Below, one piece after another: positions 28,401 to 37,620 of a stretch of DNA of 64,000 nt. Source of the stretch: Edaphocola sp. (GTDB lineage: Bacteria; Bacteroidota; Bacteroidia; Chitinophagales; Chitinophagaceae). The notes below the pieces were generated by a model. That model ran no database searches. It saw nothing but the letters and a program-made list of their open reading frames with translations, and was not told the DNA's origin. The position numbers were made by a program, and so were the translations under genes. Where the stretch lies: NCBI GenBank assembly GCA_965229095.1, contig OZ245855.1:2765931-2829930 (forward strand). The letters are read 5' to 3'. Numbering within the stretch: the stretch's first letter is position 1; the number at the start of each line of letters is the position of its first letter.

Positions 28401-28753
28401 AGTGGGGTGGCAATGCTCACCCGGTTTTGTACATCCAGTGTGGCAATATCGATATCGGTCCCGATGCCATAAGTCACCGTTGCCTGCATACCCCCGTTAT
28501 TGGTACTGCTGCTTTGCATATACTCCATTCCCGGCGTACCGTTTACCTGCCCTTCAATCGGGGTTGCCACGGTTTGCTCTACGGTCTGCGCATCGGCCCC
28601 GGTAAACTGCCCGTTGATTTGTACCACAGGAGGCGTTATGTCCGGGTATTGGTCTACAGGCAAATTGAGGATGCAAACGCTCCCAGTCAGTACCAGAACG
28701 ATGGATACGACTATTGCAGTTACCGGCCTTTTAATGAATGTATTTGCTATCAT
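25493..28753 (-). CDS. RND (HAE1, AcrB/MdtB-like) efflux permease, proximal paralog
   Basis: 1086 aa and collinear with the downstream pump. By eye it is identical at well over half of positions, including GIVVDDAIIVVEAVQH and the C-terminal tail. Confidence 0.95.
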   Translation of the reverse strand: MIANTFIKRPVTAIVVSIVLVLTGSVCILNLPVDQYPDITPPVVQINGQFTGADAQTVEQTVATPIEGQVNGTPGMEYMQSSSTNNGGMQATVTYGIGTDIDIATLDVQNRVSIATPLIPSAATRLGLTVRAVNPSMLMMVAIYSPNSTHDITFLDNYTNIFIQDALLRVPGVGTINSFADNFSMRVWMNPDKMASYSITPQDIINALNAQNVQVAAGSAGVPPQSKAQTFELGILVNGRLSKVSEFENIIIKTTPSTGALVYLKDVARVELGKFSFSSNSFVDGHRASYLRIYQAPGSNALKTAEGIYKELEQLKQFFPSDVAYKVPFESVTVVKVSMSDVVVTLLMTLALVAVVVFIFLQNFRSTLIPVLAIPVSIFGTFCFFIPLGFTINTLTMFGFVLAIGIVVDDAIIVVEAVQHYMDEKGMSPKEATYYAMKDISAPVVAIALILAAVFVPVGFIPGIVGRLYQQFAITIAISVVISAFVALSLTPALCTLLLKPTDQNKKETRLKRLFTRFNAWFDRITRSYVRGVDRSIKGVRYIVVLLILICISAIYLFMYKPSGFIPSEDDGNLYVTFQLPPASSTTRSVQVMNKLMKVVAATPGVGHYAALSGLNVINNASNSNCGTIYLQLDPWDQRSRKSEQVPGIIAELRKRITSAGIHDANVEVVQPSPLPGVGATVGFSFQIEQRSTNDDLQAFEGVVNKFIAEANKNPAISGAYSFYNAHTPSFSVTVDREKCEKLGVDVGDVFTTIQAFMGSMYINDFTAYNRTFHVVVQADTAFRNVITDMNKYYVRNQAGQMLPLGTLISYRPIETSPLISHFNIFRSAEINGTSAAGYSTTQTIEALKDVAAKVLPQGYAYEFSGLSHEEIKAGSTTVYIFIFSITFVFLFLSALYESWSVPFSVLLAVPIGVFGAILTLFFVPSLTNNVYAQIGMITLIGLAAKNAILIVEFAKVRVDRGEDLIQSTLEAVGLRLRPIVMTSMAFILGVMPLVLATGAGAISRRTIGFTVLGGMITASTIAIFIVPVLFVAITRLSYGKKKLAWLREHHESLMEKARKVEQQSIDAELEFEIQRSRDFNKPGNG

Positions 28754-28804
28754 AATCTGCCTGTCTCATTTTTGATATACATACAGCCTTCCGCTCTTCT
28801 CCTC

Positions 28805-30025
28805 TTAACGACGGCTTCTACGTCCGTTACCGGAATCGCTCCCTTGCTCCGGTTTTTTACCACCAACAGCAATAGGTGAGCCATCGTGTATGGCCTGGAT
28901 GCCATCTACAACAATACGGTCTCCATCATTAACGCCCGACAATACGATAACGTCGGGGCCTATGGTTTGTCCCAGGTGTACCTTTTTCTGGATGGCGTAT
29001 AGCCGGCGCCCTTTCCCCTTCTGTGCCTCATCCGGCACTTCCGGGGAACCGGCATCTTCCCGCGCCATCGTTGTGTCTTTGGCTACATAGAGGAAATACT
29101 CACCCATTTGCTCTACTACAGCTTTTCCCGGCACCACCATTTGCGGCGTGCCTTCCTGGTTACGTACGCGCACCACGCAGCTCATGCCCACTTTCAACAG
29201 GTTCTGGGGATTAGGGAATACGAGCCGGATACGGATAGTGCCTGTTTGCGGGTCTACGGCACGGTCGATTACCGATATTTTCCCTGGGAAAGGATAAAGG
29301 GAATTGTCGGGCAATTGCATCGTGAACAAAGAATCGGGCATCGATTTGCTGTCATTCTTGAAGCGCTCGAAGGCTATCAATTGTTTCTCGTTCACCAAAA
29401 AATCAACGGCCATAGGGTCGTTGGTGGAAATGGTATTTAATATCGTTTGACCTCCTACTACCACATTACCGATCCTTACCGCGCTAATGCCGATAGTGCC
29501 GTCGAATGGGGCATATATGCTGGCAAAATTCAGGTTGGCCTGTGCCGTTTTTAAAGCCTGCTGCGCCGCTTTGGTCTGGCTTTTGGCTGTTTCCAGAGCA
29601 ATTACCGCATGGTCGTAGGCCTGCTTGGCTACTGCATTGTATTGGTTCAGGTACACATAACGGTCGGCATCCTGTTGCTGCTGTAGCTGGTTGGCTTCGG
29701 CCACTTTAAGATTGGCCTGGGCCTGGTCGCAGGCCGCCTGGTAGATCCGTTTATCGATCTCGTACAACAATTGTCCTTTATGCACCTGGCTTCCATCTGC
29801 AGCATAAATACCGGTAACATATCCCTGAACATTGCTCGGGATAATATTCACCTGGCTCAGCGCTTGTGTCGTTGAAGGGTACTGATCATAATACCGGACA
29901 TTTTTGCTGGCAACCGTATACAGGTTTACCGGGGCAGGCGGTATCCTTGCAGGAGGCTTTTGCTGACAGGAAAAAAGAACGACACCTCCTGTTATCGAGC
30001 ATATATATCGTGTTACCCTATTCAT
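28805..30025 (-). CDS. Efflux RND periplasmic adaptor (membrane fusion protein)
   Basis: Lipoprotein signal (ITGGVVLFSCQQ). It also has a lipoyl/coiled-coil/beta-barrel pattern (GQLLYEIDKRIYQAA..., AKSQTKAAQQALKTAQANLNFASIYAPFDGTIG). I prefer the ATG at 30025 over the track start at 30088, which would overlap the tolC-like gene. Confidence 0.9.
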   Translation of the reverse strand: MNRVTRYICSITGGVVLFSCQQKPPARIPPAPVNLYTVASKNVRYYDQYPSTTQALSQVNIIPSNVQGYVTGIYAADGSQVHKGQLLYEIDKRIYQAACDQAQANLKVAEANQLQQQQDADRYVYLNQYNAVAKQAYDHAVIALETAKSQTKAAQQALKTAQANLNFASIYAPFDGTIGISAVRIGNVVVGGQTILNTISTNDPMAVDFLVNEKQLIAFERFKNDSKSMPDSLFTMQLPDNSLYPFPGKISVIDRAVDPQTGTIRIRLVFPNPQNLLKVGMSCVVRVRNQEGTPQMVVPGKAVVEQMGEYFLYVAKDTTMAREDAGSPEVPDEAQKGKGRRLYAIQKKVHLGQTIGPDVIVLSGVNDGDRIVVDGIQAIHDGSPIAVGGKKPEQGSDSGNGRRSRR

Positions 30026-30054
30026 AGAGCAGGTTTTACTTTTCAGCGATGAAC

Positions 30055-31437
30055 TTAATGCGGAAGCATCCCCATGGCCTTTTGCCAATCAATCTTACTG
30101 GAAAGCGTCTGGAACAAAGCATTCAGGTAAGTCAACTGGGCCGTTCGCAGGTTTGACTCGGCAGTAATGACATTCAGATAAGGTACTATGCCCTGCTTGT
30201 ATTGCAGGTCTACAACAAAATATACACGCCTGGCCATTGTCACATTATCCCTCATCTGGCGCATATTGTACACATTACTTTTATAATTGGCCAGGGCCGT
30301 GGTATACTCCGAATAAACGGACGCTTTCAGATTAGCTTCGTTCCAGTCCAGTATCTGTTCCTGAAGCCTGGAACGACGCAGGTTTTGCGTCCGGGAAAAG
30401 CCCGTAAATACCGGTAAGCTCAAAGTCAATCCGATGATCGAATTGGGATAGACGGTATTGTACAGCATCGAAAATTCATTATTCTGGAAAGCGTAGTTAT
30501 AATTGTAAAAAGCAGATAGAGTAGGCAGAAGGAAAAGTTTCCCGTAGTAATTGCTGAGCTGATGTTGTTGTTGTTTTTGTACCGCCAGTTGCTTGAATTC
30601 TATGCGGTTTTCATATTGTAGTTGTGCCGTAGTATCGATGGGGATATCTTTAAACATTTCAGTGCTGTCGTAGAAGACGTTGAATTGCTGTTCCTGGGGA
30701 TAGCCCATCATTTGCTTTAACGACGCATATTGGGGCCACACACTTTCACCAGCCTGCTTGAGCTGGACCAGGGAAGTATTCAGCGAAATGGTAGCTTGCA
30801 GGTAGTCCGTTTCATCAACGATACCACCAACATACTGATGATAAGCGGTACGCATGCTTTCCCCCAGCCGCGCAGTATCTTCTTTCAATACATCGATCTG
30901 CTGTAAGGTCAGCAGTAAACTGTAAAACGTTTTGCTGACATTGGCCACAAGATCGATTTTGCTGCTGTCGATGCTTTGTTCCGCTGCCTTTAGATTGAGC
31001 GGCGCTACTTTGGCGGCATAGACCAGGGCCGGGTTAAAAATGGTTTGTGTTATGCCCACAGCCGGTGTAGAGGTATTGACCACACTGGTTTGTACAGGCG
31101 TCTCGACCCCATTTATGTTGGAGAGTGCAGTGGGGCGCTGCAGGTAATGGTTAAAATTTGCCGTAACACCCACCTGCGGATACCAACCCGATAAGCTGAT
31201 GGCATTGGATGCTTTGGCAATAGTAGCCCTGATCAGGGATTGCTGCAAGCCAGGCTGATGCTGCAACGCGTAATCGATACATTGTTTAAGGGATAAGGAA
31301 GAAATACTGTCGTTTAGCTGCTGACAGTAAGCCGTAGTAGTAAAACAGAAGGGAAGAAGAAGCGCGCCCCAGATATAACCTGGGCAGGCTATCTTTCTTT
31401 TTTTAGTCTTTGCTAAATGACTCCGGGTTCTTATCAT
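30055..31437 (-). CDS. TolC-family outer-membrane efflux protein
   Basis: 460 aa with a signal peptide, LSLKQCIDYALQHQPGLQQ and a duplicated coiled-coil/beta repeat layout. It is the first gene of the tolC-MFP-RND-RND operon. Confidence 0.9.
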   Translation of the reverse strand: MIRTRSHLAKTKKRKIACPGYIWGALLLPFCFTTTAYCQQLNDSISSLSLKQCIDYALQHQPGLQQSLIRATIAKASNAISLSGWYPQVGVTANFNHYLQRPTALSNINGVETPVQTSVVNTSTPAVGITQTIFNPALVYAAKVAPLNLKAAEQSIDSSKIDLVANVSKTFYSLLLTLQQIDVLKEDTARLGESMRTAYHQYVGGIVDETDYLQATISLNTSLVQLKQAGESVWPQYASLKQMMGYPQEQQFNVFYDSTEMFKDIPIDTTAQLQYENRIEFKQLAVQKQQQHQLSNYYGKLFLLPTLSAFYNYNYAFQNNEFSMLYNTVYPNSIIGLTLSLPVFTGFSRTQNLRRSRLQEQILDWNEANLKASVYSEYTTALANYKSNVYNMRQMRDNVTMARRVYFVVDLQYKQGIVPYLNVITAESNLRTAQLTYLNALFQTLSSKIDWQKAMGMLPH

Positions 31438-31751
31438 CTTAGCTACTCTTTTGGCAGTGGAGTTAACACTATAGCTTAAAGATAAGCATATTATTAATAA
31501 ACAAACCTATTGACAAGTTAATATGTTCATGCATGCATAATGCACTTTAGTTATTCGCATTTTACCGAAGACCCACAATCGGGATATTGCGTATTTTTAT
31601 GAGTAGCATATTGACCCAAAGCCTCCGTTAAACAGGATATGTTATACAGGCGAGTTGGTGATAAGCAGAGTTGTCAATTGTACCGGGCGATATGATGCGG
31701 TTTTTGTACAAAAAAGCCATTCGCCACCATAAACCAAAACCAGAATGATGT

Positions 31752-33668
31752 ATGGAATTCCGCCTTAAAAATTTCATCCGGTGTTTGTTGGGCTGCATTT
31801 TGATGATGACTCCTCACTTGCTTCAGATTGCTTATGCACAACCGACCGGACAGCCGGAGGCTCCTATACAATGGATAAATACGCTGCCGGTAATAGACGG
31901 TGTATTGGACAATGAATTATCATACCTGGAGCAACGTAAGTTTAATTGCTTCTGGCGATTTGAAAACCCGGCGACAGACACAATGAAAGTCAGCTATTGC
32001 CTGGGATACACATCCACGCATCTTTATGTCTATATCGAAACGGCAACGGACAGTATTACATACCGGGACCGGGGATTTATTAACGGAGATGGCTTCAAGC
32101 TTTTAATAGCAATGCCTCAATCCGATTCAGGTACCAATGAATACTATGACCTGGTTTTTTCCCCTTCAAAGGATAAGCAGTATTGGGCACGGAAAAGAAT
32201 CTGGGAATACAACAGGGAGCAGGAACATAAGAAAAAGCTAAGTAGTGCTACCATGTTTGAGGAACAAGCGGGGAAGGCCCGCTGTGGCTTTGAAGCACTG
32301 ATAGCCTGGCGGGATATTCTACCCTACCATCCATGGTTCCTGGAGGCGATGGGTTACAACCTTTATTTTGCCAAAGGCCTCGGTCCCGGTATTACCAATG
32401 GGTATGCAGTAGTAGCCGATGAAGGGATATGGGATGAGGAAGTCCCCCTGCGGCAATATGCTGCCATGAGGTTTGAGACACCTGCCTCCGTGAAAACACC
32501 AATGTTATGCGCACAACCTTTGGAAAGGAACCTGAAGTCGGGATTACCGATCCTTATACGTACAGTCACCATCGGGGCGACCGACCCCAAAAGTGAATTA
32601 CGCCTGGTACTTAGAAAGGATACAGCAACTGTTGTACACAAAAAAGATATTTTATTGCCTGGGAGCAGCACGTTACAGTATCGAACAGATACTATGCAGA
32701 TCGGAGGCATATTACCTGGCATTTATACCCTGGAAATCAGCTCGGGTCAATCTACTGCAAATTATACGATAACTGTATTGCCCGTTATTGCATTTGATAC
32801 GATACAACAAAACATTCATATCAATGTACACAAGCTGTCCGAAGGCATTACAAATACTTTATTGTTTAAGCTGCAGTTACTCCGGCAGAAATTAGCAGCG
32901 TTAAAAAGATACGAGACAGGAGAAGAGGTCCTTCAATACTGGTTTACGTTTCAGCAGGAATACCATGCATTTCAGAGCGGGAGCGATCCATACACAAACA
33001 GGACTGTACCCTACCAGAGAGCATTCCGGTCAAAGTACGACAACACTTACCAGCCCTATAGTCTAAAACTTCCAAAGGATTATGATCCCCGGAAAAAATA
33101 TCCGCTCCTGGTGTTTCTGCATGGCAGTGGCCAGGATGAACAGGGCGTATTAGGACAAGCAAGGAGCGATGGAAATTTTATTGAAATAGCTCCCTTTGCA
33201 AGAGACCGGTACCGTTGTTATTCTTCGGATAGCAGCCAGAATGATATATTAGAAGCCATTGATGATGTTTGCCAATATTTCCCCGTAGACAAGCATAAAA
33301 TAGTGATCGGTGGATTTTCCATGGGGGGCTATGGTGCGCTCAGAACTTATTTTGAACACCCTCACCTTTACAAAGGAATTGCCGTATTTGCAGGGCATCC
33401 CGCCTTGGCAAGTGAGTGGCTGGGCGAAGGACATCCCGATTTCCTCAACGATAATTACTTGTCTGCTTTTTCAGGCGTACCCATATTCATTTATCATGGA
33501 AGGAAAGATGGCGCGTTGCCGGTTGAAAAAGCGGTACTACTGGCCCGGAAACTTAAGAGCAAGGGCAGTATCGTAACAGAAAGGATAGTTGACAATAAAG
33601 CCCACGAATACCCGGATGATGAAACGAACCGCATTTATTTCAACTGGTTGAAAAAGCTGGAAAAATAA
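31752..33668 (+). CDS. Secreted alpha/beta-hydrolase (esterase/peptidase S9-like) with an N-terminal carbohydrate-binding-like domain
   Basis: Signal peptide present. C-terminal PLLVFLHGSGQDE, nucleophile elbow GGFSMGGYG and YHGRKDGALPV are typical of the phospholipase/carboxylesterase or prolyl-oligopeptidase fold. Confidence 0.8.
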   Translation: MEFRLKNFIRCLLGCILMMTPHLLQIAYAQPTGQPEAPIQWINTLPVIDGVLDNELSYLEQRKFNCFWRFENPATDTMKVSYCLGYTSTHLYVYIETATDSITYRDRGFINGDGFKLLIAMPQSDSGTNEYYDLVFSPSKDKQYWARKRIWEYNREQEHKKKLSSATMFEEQAGKARCGFEALIAWRDILPYHPWFLEAMGYNLYFAKGLGPGITNGYAVVADEGIWDEEVPLRQYAAMRFETPASVKTPMLCAQPLERNLKSGLPILIRTVTIGATDPKSELRLVLRKDTATVVHKKDILLPGSSTLQYRTDTMQIGGILPGIYTLEISSGQSTANYTITVLPVIAFDTIQQNIHINVHKLSEGITNTLLFKLQLLRQKLAALKRYETGEEVLQYWFTFQQEYHAFQSGSDPYTNRTVPYQRAFRSKYDNTYQPYSLKLPKDYDPRKKYPLLVFLHGSGQDEQGVLGQARSDGNFIEIAPFARDRYRCYSSDSSQNDILEAIDDVCQYFPVDKHKIVIGGFSMGGYGALRTYFEHPHLYKGIAVFAGHPALASEWLGEGHPDFLNDNYLSAFSGVPIFIYHGRKDGALPVEKAVLLARKLKSKGSIVTERIVDNKAHEYPDDETNRIYFNWLKKLEK

Positions 33669-33921
33669 GCGCCACCATGTCTCAATCGGGAACAGCTTAA
33701 AAGTTGCAGCTTTCTACACCGGGACGAAGATTATTACCTGTAATTCATTTTCTTGTCCTGTTTATACTATTAAGCTGCAATTACCGTTATGCTCTTGGCT
33801 TTTAGCATAAATTCTATAGAAGTCCATGCACTTCAGCACCGAAAGACGGCACTTGTTACCTTTTTGATCAAGGGGCCGGTTTGTTGCCGGAATAACAACC
33901 AACATAACAACAATAACCCAT

Positions 33922-35244
33922 ATGGCCTTCCGTTTGGATGAGACAACAATTACTGACCTTTCCATCTTCGACGATGATGATGAAAAATCTGTTTTTAAAC
34001 GGTTCAATCGTACGCAAACTGCCGGTGGCGCAAAATTTCTGAAAAAAATATTTAATTCACCGCTCGATGATGTCGAAAAGATCCGTTCCGTCCAGGAGCT
34101 GGTAAAAGTATTTACAGGCATAACGGAATTATGGCCTGTTGATATTGGCAATGGAACTATTTTTGTTATGGATCGTTTTTGCAGCGAGCCCTACACAGGT
34201 TACAGGCCCGAAGACAACCTGCTTGCCCGCCTGTCCTTCCAGCTTTCCAATCGTGACAGCTATTCTATCTTAAAATTCAGCGTAAAAATATTCAACGAAT
34301 TTTTCAGGGGGCTCAAAGTTTTGAAGACCTGCCTCGAGGATAAGAACCTCCCGGAAGAATATGAATATTTCAAACAGTCGATCTGGAAAGCTTTCGACGA
34401 AACTCCGCTTCAGCGCCTGGCGGCAATAGGCCCGGGACATAAATTTACTTCCAAAGAAAACTTTTACTTCGGCTACCATATCCGGGCGTATTACAGAAGC
34501 CTGGTAAAAGAGCTTATTGAAGTCTTTTGTCAGATGGAAGCCTGGTACTCCCTGGCCGACGCGGTAAATAAATACGATCTTAAGTTCCCTGAATTTGTGG
34601 TACAGGATGAGCCTTGTTACCGGGCGACGGGACTATACCACTTAATGATAGATAATGCCAGGAGCTACGATGTAACATTAACATCTGAGAAAGGGCTCAT
34701 GTTTCTGACCGGTAGCAATATGGCAGGGAAAAGCACTTTTATCAGGTCAGTAGGATTGTCTCTATTCCTTGCGCATCTTGGATTGGGCGTCCCTGCAGCA
34801 GCAATGGTACTATCCGTTTTTAACGGGCTATCCACTAATATAAATATAGCGGATGATATATCAAAAGGACAAAGCTATTTCTTCAATGAGGTAAAACGGA
34901 TAAAGGAAACCGTCGGCAAAGTGAATGACGGCACCACCTGGATGATCCTCGTCGACGAGATATTTAAGGGTACTAATATTCTTGACGCAATGCGTTGCTC
35001 TATCGAGGTGATCAATGGTTTCAGTAAAGTCCCAAATGCCTTATTCGTGATTTCAACGCATCTGTACGAAATAGCCAAAGAATTTAAATATCCGGATAAG
35101 ATATCCTGCAAGCATATGGAAACAATAGTCGAGGGCGATGACTTCCGGTTCACCTATCAGCTTAAAGATGGCGTTAGCAAAGACCGCATCGGGTTTTCGA
35201 TTATGAAACGTGAAGGTGTTATACAAATGCTGCAAACATTATGA
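33922..35244 (+). CDS. MutS-related ATPase (MutS domains III/V only, no mismatch-binding domain)
   Basis: Walker A GSNMAGKSTFIRSVG, Walker B MILVDEIFKGTN and ISTHLYEI match MutS domain V. At 440 aa it lacks the domain I/II regions. Confidence 0.85.
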   Translation: MAFRLDETTITDLSIFDDDDEKSVFKRFNRTQTAGGAKFLKKIFNSPLDDVEKIRSVQELVKVFTGITELWPVDIGNGTIFVMDRFCSEPYTGYRPEDNLLARLSFQLSNRDSYSILKFSVKIFNEFFRGLKVLKTCLEDKNLPEEYEYFKQSIWKAFDETPLQRLAAIGPGHKFTSKENFYFGYHIRAYYRSLVKELIEVFCQMEAWYSLADAVNKYDLKFPEFVVQDEPCYRATGLYHLMIDNARSYDVTLTSEKGLMFLTGSNMAGKSTFIRSVGLSLFLAHLGLGVPAAAMVLSVFNGLSTNINIADDISKGQSYFFNEVKRIKETVGKVNDGTTWMILVDEIFKGTNILDAMRCSIEVINGFSKVPNALFVISTHLYEIAKEFKYPDKISCKHMETIVEGDDFRFTYQLKDGVSKDRIGFSIMKREGVIQMLQTL

Positions 35245-35386
35245 ATAAGCTCCTGATTCTTCTTACTTGATCCTATCATTCAAACCTCCGCCTGACAGGC
35301 AAAACGATTTGCTGGACAAATGCGATATTCGTATGAATTTCGGCCCCGATAAACCAAAGTAAAATTGGGCATAAAAAAATCAAAAC

Positions 35387-36298
35387 ATGGGAAAATGGTT
35401 GGTATTAATCATTCTGGGGCTAATTTTTCCACCGAAAGCAGATGGCCAAAAGTTTGAAATCGGGCTAAGTGCCGGACTCATTAAGGAGCTGGTAGAGCGG
35501 GATACAAAAGGACATAACAAGTGTGACACTTGTGGAAGCAAGCCAAAAGCTTACCGGAGCTGTGATATAAAGTATAACAATGGCGAAATAGCCGAGGTTA
35601 CTCAATGCCACCAGCAGGAGTATTTGCCCGAACTGCGGATCACCGCCAACTATTGCGAACATTACATAATGAATAACAATAAGCTTGCTTACTTATTAAC
35701 GCAATTTGAAAATGTTCCGTTAGAAAAGATAATAGCAAGCCACGATAATAACCCCTCAAACAAAAAAATCGGGGAGCTATATTTCTCCGATGACTATGAA
35801 CACTATTCAAAAATTTATCTGTCAACCGGTGGTTTGTCTACAATAGAATGGCGTCAAACAATTGTATCAGAACTTCCTGAAAACCTTCAAAGTTTTATAG
35901 ACGCTAAACGCGCTGCAATCAGGGAAAAGAAAAAAGCGGATAAAGCCATAGCTAACAGGAAACGGGAGCATGGGGATATGGGTGTAGCAGCGGCAAACGA
36001 TCAAGCTTATCCTTCCAAAGGCTACGTAATCCGGCATTCTATTGCCGGCCGCAATATAGTGCTCCACCCCGATGCGAAAGCAGAGCCGGTGCTTAAAGAA
36101 GACGGGAAGGTCATAATACGCGTGGCTGTAGACCGGGAAGGGGCGATAGTCAATTCTAATGTTATATCGGCAAGCAATCCCATTGTTAAAGAACTGGCAT
36201 TAAAAAGCCTGCCCAGTATTCGGTTCAATAAATCAGCAACCGCTCCCCCGGAACAGTTTGGTAATATTACTTTTCAATTTAAGGGGGCGAAACCATAA
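35387..36298 (+). CDS. Hypothetical secreted protein with a possible TonB-C-like C-terminal domain
   Basis: Signal peptide MGKWLVLIILGLIFPPKADG, a Cys-rich N-terminal region and a K/R-rich linker. The C-terminus (KVIIRVAVDREGAIVNSNVISASNPIVKELALKSLPSIRFN) weakly resembles TonB_C. Confidence 0.6.
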   Translation: MGKWLVLIILGLIFPPKADGQKFEIGLSAGLIKELVERDTKGHNKCDTCGSKPKAYRSCDIKYNNGEIAEVTQCHQQEYLPELRITANYCEHYIMNNNKLAYLLTQFENVPLEKIIASHDNNPSNKKIGELYFSDDYEHYSKIYLSTGGLSTIEWRQTIVSELPENLQSFIDAKRAAIREKKKADKAIANRKREHGDMGVAAANDQAYPSKGYVIRHSIAGRNIVLHPDAKAEPVLKEDGKVIIRVAVDREGAIVNSNVISASNPIVKELALKSLPSIRFNKSATAPPEQFGNITFQFKGAKP

Positions 36299-36781
36299 GA
36301 TCGGTATCCTTATGTCTTGCACCAAATGATCAGGCATTCAAAATGATATACAATCGTATATCTTAACGTTTTGCTGTTAGGTATCTTTTCGCCAACAACA
36401 AAGCACCATTCCCAATCTTTTCGCTTGATCCAACAAAAAACTTTTTTTATTATCTCTCTCATCGTCGTTGTAAAATTTACCCGGATATGGCCGATCTGCA
36501 ATTAATCGCTGCATAAAACCAGCTTACTATATTCCCAGATATCCGCATCAGTTACAGGCTTTAACTCCAGATCATTTATATAAATTTACAATCCATAGAC
36601 ACTTAAAATACAGAAGGTTAAAACCCTTATTTACCGGAAGCAAAAACCCTTATTTAATGCAGGGTTTAATAATGGCCTCATATTTGAATCTATTTTACTT
36701 TCGCAAAAGTTAAAGTTTACCCAATAAACAACCCTGTATTTTTTAATCATTCACTTTTCTAAAAAACCAAACCAAAAGATC

Positions 36782-37429
36782 ATGGTAACCATTCATTTCA
36801 ATTATTCAGGCGTACTCAATGGAGAAGCCATTAGCGGAAATGCAACGATGCATGCTAATCCGGAAACTGGCGAATTAAACGCCTCTGCAAATTTTGCCGC
36901 TTTCCCGGCTTCCTTTAGCCCATGTTTAGCAGGAGTTTCACTCCTGAGTATTTCTTGCAGCAATAGCGGCAAGACAGAGCAAGGTGCTCATAATATTATT
37001 GATGTTACTAACGGGAATTATTCGAGCATCAGGGAAATCACACTTTTTGATGCTTCAGGTGGTTTCCTGGGACAAGTTGTGATCAACGGGACATTCACAA
37101 AGGTTTCGGACATCGTCTATACCGCAAATGTGACTGTCACCGGGAATTACTCCGGGCCGGTTAATATCCAATTTCCCAATGGATATACCCTGCCTTTGAA
37201 TGCGACACAACCTTTCAAACTGGAAGGATCTTTCCAAAAAACTTACCTTACAGAAAACGGCATCAACATTCTTACGGAAAACAACCACACTTACTTCTTC
37301 AATAATGGTGTGTCTACCCCGCTTGCCAATATCGAATGTGAGTTAGCCTATGACACGCAGCAATCCTATTGGCTTCCCGACCAAAAAATATTACATGTGA
37401 CAGGCACGTCTATTGTTCGTCCCCTGTAA
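36782..37429 (+). CDS. Orphan hypothetical protein, predicted all-beta (see finding)
   Basis: 215-aa ORF with no signal peptide, strong beta-strand-like alternation and many N/T/G residues. It is the only long ORF in the region. Confidence 0.6.
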   Translation: MVTIHFNYSGVLNGEAISGNATMHANPETGELNASANFAAFPASFSPCLAGVSLLSISCSNSGKTEQGAHNIIDVTNGNYSSIREITLFDASGGFLGQVVINGTFTKVSDIVYTANVTVTGNYSGPVNIQFPNGYTLPLNATQPFKLEGSFQKTYLTENGINILTENNHTYFFNNGVSTPLANIECELAYDTQQSYWLPDQKILHVTGTSIVRPL

Positions 37430-37585
37430 GTCTTGACTTCTTCATTCCCCGGAAACGGTAATGCTGCAGATCGCAAAACGTCCGACAAGGTAAACACTAA
37501 ATGGCTGGGTAAAATAAGGGATATCCAAGCGGAGTGCAGAACCCTTGAAATCCTTCGGGGCTAATGAAGCAAATTTCGCAAAAAG

Positions 37586-37612
37586 AAAAAGCCACTCTGA
37601 GAGTGGCTTTTT
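37586..37612. terminator. Intrinsic terminator immediately downstream of tRNA-Phe (bidirectional)
   Basis: aaaaagccactc tga gagtggcttttt is a 12-bp perfect stem flanked by A and T runs on both strands. Confidence 0.75.
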
Positions 37613-37620
37613 CTTTTTTG

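Noticed and set aside
36310-36501. 63-aa minus ORF in the AT-rich spacer
   Set aside because: It is short, has an AT-rich-driven composition with no motifs, and has no promoter box or conservation evidence.
33669-37620. Genomic island integrated at tRNA-Phe
   Set aside because: I saw no integrase, recombinase, transposase or duplicated tRNA 3'-end (att) by eye. Coding-region composition is not clearly different from the flanks, so I report it only as a low-interest note.
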